A stretch of 63,880 bases of DNA, counting the filler, from Kipferlia bialata (Eukaryota): the NCBI GenBank assembly GCA_003568945.1. It is 5 parts of 4 records of this genome, joined end to end, with 100 filler letters (N's around TTAATTAATTAA, not from the genome) between each part and the next. Parts side by side here need not be neighbours in the genome. Positions count along the whole stretch, not along the records: positions 1 to 23,311 come from BDIP01000262.1; 4 more parts are not named here. One strand, given 5' to 3'. The notes below the pieces were generated by a model, which did no database searches, was not told where the DNA came from, and saw only the letters and a list, made by a program, of their open reading frames with translations. Within the stretch, counting starts at the first letter, position 1. Each line of letters starts with the position of its first letter. A program made the translations under genes and the position numbers. Shown in pieces: positions 1 through 11,489 of the stretch.

Positions 1-53
1 TCTAATCTGGTTCTCCCCCTTTCTCCCCCCCCCCCCCCTCCCCTCATGTCCAG

Positions 54-3000
54 GCCAGTGAGAGCCCCGCCCTCTCTGACCCTGTCCCCTTCACATACGA
101 TGCGGTGCACGACAGCTTCCACGGCTCCCTCCCCACCGGCCTAGTCCAGTACAACATGACCACCGTCGTCACCATCAAGGTGGGTGTGTCTCCACTGGGG
201 GTACTGTATATATATGTATCCCCCCCCCCCCACAAACACACACACACATACGCACATTCTCTCTCTCTATCTCTCTCTCTCTCTCTCCCCCCCCCACCCC
301 CAGGACTGTGCAGTGAGTGTGGTGGATGAGTCCACTGGCACCTCCACCGACTCCACTGGGGACATCTCCAAGGACGTGGTCACATACGTGTACACCTCTG
401 AGCTCCCAATGAGCCATGCCTCCTTCACAGGTACTCTCTCTCTCTCTCTTTCCCCCGCTCTCTCCTTATGAGCCATGCCTCCTTCACAGGTGCTAGCAGT
501 CACCTTGTCTCTCTCTCTCTCTCCCTCCCCCCTCCTCTGCCACCGGCCTCACCCCAGACGGGCTTGACTCCTGCTTCGACTACTCCATGGCCGTCCTCGG
601 CAACGTCATGGCCGTGGGATGCCCCTACCACCTGCAGGACCCTGACTCCACGGACGTCACAGGCACCCTCGACGCCACATACTCTGGCATGGTGTACCTG
701 TACTCCAGGTATCTAATGCTCTTAGTCTATGCAGTGACACCTCCTCTCTCTATATATGTATGCATCCCGTCCAGGCAGTCCTCCATGGCCCAGTGGATGG
801 ATTGTTTATGATGATACCCCCTCCCACACCCTCTCTCTCTATATATATATGTACATATATATATATATATACATATATATATTGCCCCACCCACCCCAGG
901 GAGTCCTCCATGGCGACATGGATGGAGGTGGACACCGCCGACATCACCGTCACAGGCTCCGACGCTGCCCTCTTCGGTACCACCCTCGGCCTCACCAGGA
1001 CAGCCACCGGGGTCTCCCTCGCAGTCTCTGCCCCTGGGGTCAGCCAGGCAGACGGGGGGGATGCCACCGGTGGTGCTGTGTACGTGTACGACGTCGAGGA
1101 CCTTGACACCACCAGCCTCCCCTCCCTCTCCCTCTCCGCCACCATCCCCTGCCCCCTCACACCCGCTGTGCGCATGGCCACTGCTGAGAGAGAGGCGGGA
1201 CGCGACTACATGATGCCCCTTCCCATGGTATGTTCTCTCCCTTAGTTAGAGTAACTATATATTGATATGACTCTATCATGTTGTGTATCACCTTCTCATG
1301 CCCCCGCCCCTACCCCTCCCACCCCAGGCCGTGTCTGCTTCCCTCATCGCCATTGCCGACCACCAGTACGTCAGCTCCGTCGGTCTAGGAGGTGTGCACG
1401 TGATGCACCTCGACGGGGGTGCCTGGACAACGACCACCATCCATCCCTCCACGCAGAGTGCGGACCTGGTGTATGGAGCCGATGTCGCTGTCGACTACTC
1501 TGCCACGCACCTTGCCGTCAGCACCCGCCTCATCAACAAGAACTTCTACAGGGACCCCACCATGACCACAGCCGCCTATGTGTACACCGTCTCTGCCAGT
1601 GGAGAGTGTGTCGAGGAGAGCACCCACTCCTTTGCCGAGCAGGAGGACTCGCCCCTCGACGCCTTCACCCAGTACTGGTTCTCCGTGGCCCTCTCCGACA
1701 CCATGCTCATCATCGGAGGCCCCGACTGCGTTATCGACGGCGCCGATGACGATTCCATAGGAGGTATGACTGTGTACGGGAGAGAGGACCCGGCAGATGA
1801 GTGGCTGCTCCTCGGGTGCCCTGAGACGCAGCAGACGTCCACGGCGTTCGGGTTCTCTGTCAGCGTTGTGCGTGTCGACACACCCCTCAGCCAGTGGGAC
1901 GGGACAGAGATTGTCGTTGCCACCTCTCCCGACTACAACGATACCGATGAGATCAATACCAAGGCCTTCATCGCCGTTTACAACCACGTTGACTACTGGT
2001 GGATGGATGAGTATATGAACCAACAGCAATGGTTCAGGCACACCAGTCCTGCCATTGCATTTGATGGAGCTACCCTAGTCACAGACGGGGGGGCAGTCAG
2101 TGTCGAGGGCTCCCTCATCCACACCTCTGTCCAGTCAGGTATAGTATCTGTGCTATATATATATATCTATATGTATATTGGTAACCCTATATGTACACGT
2201 TGTTGAGTGTCCGAGACTCACCCGAGGTCCAAGCTACATGCGCGTCACTAGCCTGAACGATAGCGTCACCAACAACTCCAGCAACTCGGTGGCATGCACA
2301 GTAGTGATGGACCCCTGCCTCGGGGGTGTAATTACCCAGTACACCAGCATCTACATCTACTACGTGATGTCTACCGAGACACTCAGTCTCAATGGAGACA
2401 TGAGCCAGGTGGACTATGAGTCCCAGCACGCGAACGGCATCTACGATTTAACATACGAGATCAGTACCCTTCTCTCACTCCGTGACGGCGAGGACTTTGG
2501 TGTGTATGTGAGAGGCAAACAGGACCCCCTCTCCCAGTACCTCGGAGCCCAGTCCTACTACACCTACATCCGGGACTCCATAGTGCAGTCCATCCCTATC
2601 ATCGCAGCCAGTGAGGTATGGCAGTGTGATTGTATGACTCTACTATATACTCCAGCTCCTGCTGTATGGTGTCTAACTCCCAGGATCCCACCTCTGTTAC
2701 CCTCACCCCCCTCAACGTTGCGGATGGCACCGAGTCTGTCTCTGTCTCTGTGCTCGATGGGTCTGGTCTCGATATGGCACCCTCCACTGAGTCACCCCTC
2801 TCCGTGGCTATCACAGAGGTTGACGGCACAGCTGTCTCTCTTTCTCTCACCTGGGACAGCGACTCCGCCGCCTTCACCCTCCCTGCCTCCTCCCTCCCGT
2901 CCGCAGCCCTCTCCATTGGGGACCACACCATGTCTGTCACTGCCACCACCGACTCCGCCTTTGTACTTAACGCCTCCCTCACAGTCTTTGCAGACACAGC

Positions 3001-6000
3001 CGCCGCCGGCCTCGTCTTCTCCACTACGGCCGCAACCTCCTTCAGTGAGATCGCATTCGACTTCCAGGCCTCTGGCAACTGGGGAGTCGACATCTACGCC
3101 GATGCAGTACGCGGGGAGAGCGCCGTTCATGTGTACTACAGACGTTCCCAATACGAGACCTTCGAGTTCCACAGCCTCCTCGTTGAGGCAGACGCTGATG
3201 TACAGCAATCTATCTACTTCCCCCCCAGCGTCGCTATTGACGGGGAGTGGATAGTGCGCTCTTCCTATGCTGACCTTGTGGACACTGGATATGACCTCAC
3301 CTACACCACGTTCCTGACCTTCTACCACCTCGAGGACGGGGTCTGGACCGAGGCACAGCAGATCGCAGTGCCAAAGGCCGGAACCATGGACTTTTCGATG
3401 GATGAGATCAATGACGCTGAGGTAAGTCGTTGTTTCTCTTCCTGATACACCAGAGGGGTGGCTCTTCTCTTGTTTATCTTTTGGCACATGTCTAACATAC
3501 AGTCTATGTTCCTCATGTTCAACCCTGGGCAGCTCCATGTGTACATCTCGGGTGGTATCGCTGTCCTCACCACCCCCCTTGCCCACGATGCCACCGGCTC
3601 TGCCCATGTACTCACCCTTGATGCCTCTGGATCATGGGCCTACAGCCAGGAGCTGGAGCCCGAGACTAGGGTCGATGGAGAGGTGTTTGGCACTGTCTGC
3701 AGCATCGACGAGGCCAACGACCGCATCGCCATATCCACCTTCATCCCTATGGCGGATGAGGCCCCAGCCTCTATCAATGCTGCCTATGAGTACGAGAGGG
3801 ACCCCGTTAGTGGAGAGTGGTTCCAGGAGAGCATTGTGCCCGGTGTAACTGACGGCTGGTGGCCATCCAAGCCCCACACCCACTTTGTTGGCATCAGCGG
3901 CGATGTCGTTATTGCCCATGTCATGGACGAGGTTGTCACAGCGACGCAGGACGAATGGGGCGACGAACACCTGCAGATGGGACGTACTCGCTTCTACACA
4001 CGCGCCCTCGGCGGCAGTGGTGGCTCCAAGTACTCTTACACACTTGACAAGACAATCGAGGGTATTCCTTGGAGCTATCTACATATAGCGTCTGTCACGC
4101 TAGGCCTTCAACACAACCAGTATTTGCTACTTACTTACCTTCAGGAAACAATGAGGGAGAGAACTTTAGTTCCTGTGTGCCGCTTGTCACCGAGGACATG
4201 GTTATGCTCACTGAGCCCAACTACTACAGAGAGCTCTCAGGTGAAGACGAGAGCAACAATGGTCTGACCGAGGTGTACACAAGAGACGCCGAGGGCTCTG
4301 ACTGGACCCCCATGTACTCCCTTACACCCACTACCTATGACGTCCTTATGGGTTTCTCCCAGACCATGAGCACCGACCCTGTCTCAGGCGATGTCTCCAT
4401 CACTGTCACAGACCTGGCCACCAGAGAGACAGAGATGTTCGGCCTCATCTCCTTCAACCCCATGCCCTCCTCTGTGCAGCTCTCCTCATGCCCCACCTCT
4501 CTGACCGAGGGCTCCAACGACGTGTCTGTATCTGTAGTCGACAAGGCCGGTGCCCCCCGCAGCGACGTGACTGTGTCCCTTATCATCACAGAGACAGAGG
4601 CCGGGGTATCCAACTCAGAGACACACTCCCTCACTGCCACAGGCACCGCAGGAACCTACGCGGTGTCTGGCATCACCGTTAGAGACGTCGAGACCACTGC
4701 CTCCATCGTTGCCTCTCTTGGCGGCACCACTGAGGTGACCGAGGAGCGCTACATGGTTGTGAGTGACTCTCCAGTCAGCGTCACCAGAGACCTCGATGTT
4801 CTCTTTGCCTCCACCACCATTGCCAGTGCCACTATCGACCCTATCCTCCTGGCTGCGGGTGTCGTCCACCTCACCGTGCGTGACGGCAGGGGCTCTGCCA
4901 TCAGCGGGCTGACCAATGTGTCTGTGGCCATCGGTGGGGGCTCGTCTGCTGAGGCCGTGTGGGACGGGGAGGCCTCCTACTACACAGCCACCCTCGGCGG
5001 CTCTGTCGCCCTCGGTGCCACCACTGCTGCAGTCACTGTGGCCGACCCCACCTATGCCTCAGCCTCCCTCTCTGCCTCCTGCCATGTCTACGGCACCCTC
5101 GCCTCAGTCACAGTGTCTCCCACCTCAGGGGGCACCGTTGCAGCAGGGGCCGGCCTCGACATCACAGTCTCTCTCTTCGACGCCAGCGGGGCCTCCCTCC
5201 CACCCATGGATGAGTACGACTGCTACGTCTCTGCCATCAGTGACGCCGGTGTGGACTCCATCAACGGCGGCGAGGGGACCACTGTGCTTGCTGTCTGGGA
5301 CGAGGAGGACGGTGTCTACGCGGTCACCTCCACCCCTGTGTCTCTGATTGGAGATGCAGTAGATGTCGTGGCACAGTGTGTTGTGGACGGCAGCGAGACT
5401 GTCGACTCTGCCTCTGCCTCTGTACCCGTCACTGTCACCCCCGGTGCCCTCAGCGCAGAGCACTGTGTGGTGTCTCTGTCTACCAACGACAGTGCCGCAG
5501 AGTGGTCCGAGGAGTCTGTGGCCGCAGGTGATGGGTTTGTAGTGTCCGTTGCTACCGTGGACGCCTACTTGAACCCCCTCTCCGACGAGACTGTCACAGT
5601 CTCCATCACCCTCGAGGACACCACCTCCACCACTCTGACCAGCACCTTCAACGCTGATCTCGACCTCTTTGAGGCACCCTCTCTCTCCTCCTTCGACACC
5701 CTTGCCCAGAACATCACAGTTGCAGTGTCCGTGGCACCCAGCACCGACCTCGGCACCACTTGGTTCGTCATCACCCCCAACCCCACCCCCTCTGCCACAG
5801 AGTCCACCCTCTCCCTGCCCACCGAGGCTGCAGCGGGTGCCGACATCGAGGTCACCTATGTCCCTGCCGACGAGTACGGCAACCTCATCACCCAGTATGA
5901 CAGCGTCACCGTGGCCTTTGTCCGTGAGTCTGCCACCCGCGGCACCCTCGCCCTCAGCACCACGCCTGACCCAGAATAGTACACAAGCAGCGCCGTCCCA

Positions 6001-9000
6001 GCCACCACCGTTGCAGGCAGTGCCATCCCCGTGTACTTAGTTGGATACATCGGTTCTGACATGCACTCCCTGGAGCAGTCCATCACCATCACTGCCGGGG
6101 CAGCCTCCACTGTCACCGTCCCAGACACCACCGCCCTCAAGGTCGGCGAGACCAGCACCATCGCTGCCACAGTGTATGACATGTACGGAAACCTGGTAGC
6201 AGACGACACCACGCCCCTGAAGGTCGGCTTCACTGACGATATCGGCACTGCCACAGACTGTACCCTGTCCACTGACGTCTGGATGTGTGACGTGACATAC
6301 ACGGCCGACAACCCCTTGTCTGTCGTTACCCTCTACACCTACCAGGACGGCTCTGCCATTGCCATGTACACTATCCGTGTTGTCGGGGGCACCCCCTCTG
6401 ACGCTGAGTCCTCTGTGACCCCTGACGCAGCTGTCATGGGCGCCACTGTGCTGGCCTCGGTGGAGCTCAAGGCATCCTCTGGTATGCTAGTCATGTACGA
6501 GCCCGACCACCCCACCGTCACACTCTCCTGGGAGGGCGAGACCGGCTCTGAGGAGGCTGTGTACTCTGCCACCTCCAAGAAGTGGCTGGCCAGCGTTACT
6601 GTCCCTGCCGCTACCGTGACAGGCAACGAGAGGAACCTCATTGTCAGCTTCAATGGCACCCCCCTCATGACCCACACCGTTACTATGGAGGATCAGACCC
6701 CTTCTGCTACTGAGTCTGTCGTGACCCCCGACATCTGCGCTGTCTCTGAGAGCCAGGGCTTCAGCATCGGCCTAGCCAACTCAGACGGTGTCACCATTGT
6801 CGACAGCGCCCTTGTTGTCACCCTCAAGTGGAGTGACGAGGACACAGTCTACTCTACCAGCCTCAGCACTGACTCCGGCGCATATGCCTCCCTGGTCCCT
6901 TCCTCTGAGGTCGAGGGCTCCCGCTCTCTGGAGGTGTACATCGACGGCACCCTCTTCCTCAGCCACTCTGTCACCCAGTACACTCCCCCCGAGGCCGCTG
7001 TCGGTACTGCTATCGAGGTGTCCGGCAAGGACGCAGACGGAGGGTACGGCGACACTGTCGTGATGGGAGAGGGTTGGACCATCATCTCTGCCCCCCTCAA
7101 CGGCGATGACGACGAGGGCAAGGTGTTTGTGATGAAGCAGACCGAGACCACATGGTCCCAGTACCAGGTCCTCGAGGCCGACACCTCTGCAGTCGACGGA
7201 CACTACGGTGACGCCATGTGCCTCACCTTCGAGGGTACCACCCCCACCCTCTACATCGGCCAGCCAGGCCGCGAGGCAGTGGATGTGGTGCAGTATAGCT
7301 CCAGCACATACCAGTGGGAGCACAGTCAGAGCATCCAGGCCCCTAACCCCATGCTTGGCGATGGCTTCGGCTCCACCCTTGCCTGCGAGGGGGACCTTGT
7401 GCTGGTCGGTGCCCCATACTCCTACACCCAGCTGGTACCCAACACTGGATCTGCCTATCTCTTTGACATGGGTGGTCAGTCCCTCTTCCAGACCCGCATT
7501 GTGTCCAGCTCCCCTGAGGAGAACGCCATGTTCGGGTCCGGCCTAGGCCTGGCAGGAGACATGGCCGCAGTGACCACCGGCCCAGACGCCTCCATCGCCG
7601 ACGAGACTGTGGTGCTGCAGTACGACTCCGACCTCGACAGGTGGGAGACGGCTTCCAACATCCCCTACGGAGGGTCCGACATCGTGCTGTCCACAGAGAT
7701 CCTGGGAGTCGCTGACCCCGCTCTGGACGGCGGCTTTGCCATCTACACCGCTGCCACGGGCTGGGGCGCTCTCTCCTCCGGCCCCACAGACACCGCCTCC
7801 AAGATGATCGCCAACACCAAGGACACCACCACCGACGAGGTGTCTCTGGCACTGGGCGGCGGCACACTCGTTGTCGTCAAGTCCAACACTGCCGAGGGCA
7901 CCGGCACCCTCACCGTCTTCACCAAGAGCGAGGGCACCGGAGCCTTTGTAGGCAGTGCCCCTATCGAGGTATCCGGCACCCCAGAGTCCGTGGCTGTCGA
8001 CGAGTCCGGCAACCTCTTTGTCGGCAAGAGCGGTGACGCTGGCACCGAGGTGACTGCCTTCGACCTGGCCTCCCCCACGGCCCTTGTGCTGATTGACGCC
8101 CCCGACTCCTTCGAGCAGGGCACCACCGGTGTCTCTGTGCAGTACTACTTCCTCGACTCCCTCAGTGCCGCTATCGCCATCACCGATGCTGACAACGTCA
8201 CCATGGGCGTTGGTGATGCCGCTGCCGTTGAGGGAGTGGCTAGTGCCGAGGAGTACTACACCTCCATCATCGACATCCCCGAGGAGGTCGGCAGGGTCGA
8301 GCTATCTGTCGACACCGGTAACGGCACCCTCCCAGGGGCCATTCTGGTTGTGGCTGGAGCCCCTGACGCCACAGAGTCTGAGATGTCTGCCGCCACTGAC
8401 ATTGTCGTCAACACCAACGTCGACTTCTCTGTCGTGCTCAAGTCATCATATGGCGATGTTGTGTTTGCCGACCATGATGTCGAGGTCAAGTGGACCTACA
8501 TGACCCCAGCTGGCACCAACACTGAGGTCACCGAGGTCGCCTCCATGGAGTCTGCCTCTGGCACCTACTCTGCAACCGTGCTGGCCGGTAAGGTTGTGGG
8601 TTCCTACACGGCCCAGACCGTGCTGGACACCGATGTGTTCCTATCTGAGTCGTTCACTCTTGTTGCCGGTGCACCCACCGCCTCTGAGTCCAGCATCTAC
8701 ATCACAAACAGCACCAGTCTCGAGGTCGGTGACACTGTTAACGTCAGCGCCACTCTCCTGGATGAGTGGACAAACGTGTGTGACAACGCCGCAGACGTCT
8801 CCATCTCCTTCGGGGGTGTCGACTGCACCACAACCTGGAACGGCGGCCCCGAGGTCTGGTTCGCCCAGTGCCCTGCCCCCACAGCTGGGGAGCAGCCAGT
8901 GGTGGTCTCCGCAGGGGGCTCCGTTGTTCTCTCCACCACTGTCACCATCGCTGCCGCCCCTGTTGACCCTGTTGACCCCGAGGAGCCCAGCGGAGGCTTC

Positions 9001-9327
9001 CCCTGGGTCGTTGTCATCATCATTGTGGTGGTGGTCGGAGGCGGTGTCGGAGGTGCGTTGTGGTACTTCAACAACAAGAAGAAGGATGAGGGCATCGATG
9101 AGTCAGCAGATGGCCTAGAGGTGTCTGCCAGCCCTGTGGATCAGGTCCCTGACGCTGAGGCTGATGTCAACGCCGAGGAGGGTGACGCCACCGATAACTC
9201 CTCTGGCTCTGAGGGCGAGGTCGTCGCAGTCTCCGGTCACGCTCTGGTCCCTGAGGCCGCTGGGGTGGTGGTGGTCCCCGTGATTGCAGTGGTTGAGCCA
9301 GTACCCGTGGCCGAGGACCAGGTCTAG
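54..9327 (+). CDS. Giant type-I membrane protein (5'-partial): FG-GAP-like beta-propeller repeats alternating with invasin/filamin-type Ig-like repeats, C-terminal TM helix; one in-frame TAG at 5977-5979
   Basis: Phase-compatible exons 54-179, 304-430, 558-708, 900-1227, 1328-2138, 2227-2615, 2684-3421, 3503-4061, 4145-9327. FG-GAP-like motifs: FDYSMAVLGNVMAVGCP, FGSTLACEGDLVLVGAP, GSAYLF. Ig-like repeats open with GxPxAxES and contain DxYGN. TM segment FPWVVVIIIVVVVGGGVGGALWYF is followed by NNKKK and an acidic tail. Confidence 0.8.
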
Positions 9328-9775
9328 ACTCAGATGAGTGACCCGACCTATTGTGTATTAATATCTATCTAGCTGCAAAGGATGTGATGGTCTCTTTACC
9401 AAGGACCACTACCAATGTACTTTCGGCCCCAGTTGTATATTGTATTCTTCTGAGGAATAGAACAAATTGTGTGAATGAGTGGTCTGTTCTTCTCTTAACG
9501 GGAGACTCCAGTCTGGTGTTGCTCTGACATCTTGGTAGTGCTTCGGCGAGTTGGAAGTTCTTCTCGCCTTCGGTGGATACTATGGGTCGATCTGACAGTG
9601 ATGGCTCAACATGATGCCAAGCAACCATACTACTACTTTGGTTCTATAGTATTCATGGCACCATGACTAGTCATGATACTGGTATATTTCACATGTACTT
9701 GTGGGGCTATGAGCACCTATTGTGACTCACAAGCATTCAAGTGTACTAAACTCCCCACTCTGTGTACTACGTCTC

Positions 9776-10951
9776 TCACATGCTGTGTGGTGTCCCCCAC
9801 CCACCCACCCTAGCCCTCGGCACCCCATTGCCATCCACTGACATCCTCCCCTCATACAGAGGCACAGGCCTTCTCTCCCTCATGGTTCCATCTGCTGCTC
9901 CCCTCCTTCTTGACGCATACCTCATCCTCCGCTGCCTCTCCCTTGGCGTCTCCTGGAACCGGCCTCTCCCTGGTGTGCCCCCTAGTGTCCTGGGGGTACC
10001 CTGTCCCATAGGCATAGGACGAGTCACAACTGCACTTCGGGGCCTTGGTCTAACCACTGCCCTGTTAGCAGGTCTCTGCTGCGCTCCAACACTGTCGACC
10101 CCAGGGTTGGACCTGTATTGCGTGGGTGTACCTGTCACTGGTACACCATGTAGATAGCCTGTCCCGACTACCCCCTCCATTCCAGACCCCTCTCTCTCTC
10201 CTGCCCCACTAGAGGTGTCCCCACCTTGAGGCAGAGTAGAGAGTGACCCCACCCCTCCTGCACCAAGAGGGCGCCTCTCAGCTCTCTCCTCCAGCCTCGC
10301 ACTCCTCACCATCTCCCTATCTCTCCATGTCTCCCGGGCCACACGCCTTCCCTCTCTCTCCTTGTCTTCAAGTCTGGAGAACCGATACCGCATCCTCTCT
10401 CCACCATATCCTCCACTGTTCTGTATCACACCAGTGGTGTGTACGCTTGTGGCTGCAGATCTGTGGTTGATTTGCTCTCTGTGCTGCCGTCTAGGATGCT
10501 CTGTCTGTCTGTTTACGCGTTGACGCTCCCTGTCTCTCTGTCTCTCCCAGGTGGCCTGCCCCTGATGCATCTCTCTTCTCTGCTCCCTCCCTCTCCTGTC
10601 TAGTCCCTCAGTTATCTGACGCTGCTGAGCCACTTGTTGGCTCGTCTCTCTAGTGGCCTGTGTGTCAGTGGTAACAAGAGAACAACTATAGTGATACCCG
10701 TACACTTCTGATGTCTGGGAAGAGAGGGTCGCACTCATCCATAGTGACAGTGGCCTGACAGGTGGGACACGTGTCATTGTATCTGTGGTGAGGGAATGGA
10801 TAACACTTTTCATATCTACTAGAACTGTACCACGGTTCCTATCTACAGGGGTATGTCTCAAAGACCTCACAGACACAATCACCTCATGTAGTTGGGTACT
10901 TGGGTGTGCAGCCATGTCCCGATGCATGGTCTGTGGAACACATGGCCACAC
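9776..10951 (-). CDS. Hypothetical Arg/Gln-rich low-complexity protein; exon structure uncertain
   Basis: 391-codon ORF with a charged coiled-coil-like middle (RERQR...) and no recognisable motif. Possible acceptor near 10715. Confidence 0.4.
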   Translation of the reverse strand: MWPCVPQTMHRDMAAHPSTQLHEVIVSVRSLRHTPVDRNRGTVLVDMKSVIHSLTTDTMTRVPPVRPLSLWMSATLSSQTSEVYGYHYSCSLVTTDTQATRETSQQVAQQRQITEGLDRRGREQRREMHQGQATWERQRDRERQRVNRQTEHPRRQHREQINHRSAATSVHTTGVIQNSGGYGGERMRYRFSRLEDKEREGRRVARETWRDREMVRSARLEERAERRPLGAGGVGSLSTLPQGGDTSSGAGEREGSGMEGVVGTGYLHGVPVTGTPTQYRSNPGVDSVGAQQRPANRAVVRPRPRSAVVTRPMPMGQGTPRTLGGTPGRGRFQETPRERQRRMRYASRRRGAADGTMRERRPVPLYEGRMSVDGNGVPRARVGGWGTPHSM

Positions 10952-11489
10952 GGGGCCCTAACCTTATGGTAGCTCACATGGTATAGAGGGAATTGGCTGA
11001 GCAATAGTCATGGCAGGAAACCAGTAACAGAATAGTATACGTATATCGTGTACCCACGGTATGTCATCTGAAGTGCCGCATATGGCACATTCAAGTCGGC
11101 TCATTGTCGTTGCCAGGACTTGATTCAATATAGAAAGTATAGAGATCGTGTGAAGAGAGTGACTCTCGGTACAGCCATATTGAGAGCCTCAGAACCATTG
11201 ATGCTCTACAGTTGCAGTAGACCAGAGACAACTGTAGACCAAGGAGGGATACTGCAAAGGTTTCCTGGCACCTATCACTTCAGGGTGATCACTTCCAGTT
11301 CCCACAGCATGAAAAGACATTACTTGTATAGATTTTTCTTGGTAAGTTGACCTTAATCAGCACTGACATTCAGCTATCGTTTATATGGTAGCAAATATTT
11401 CAACTACCCAATATGATATTGGGCCAATATCTTCCAACTCAACACTAAAACAAAACCATTATTCTATAATTTACCGGTTGGGTTAGTCA

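Noticed and set aside
5977..5979. TAR=Gln genetic code as in hexamitid diplomonads
   Set aside because: TAG and TAA end genes at expected C-termini here (importin alpha, zf-HIT, eL8), and long ORFs otherwise lack in-frame TAR.
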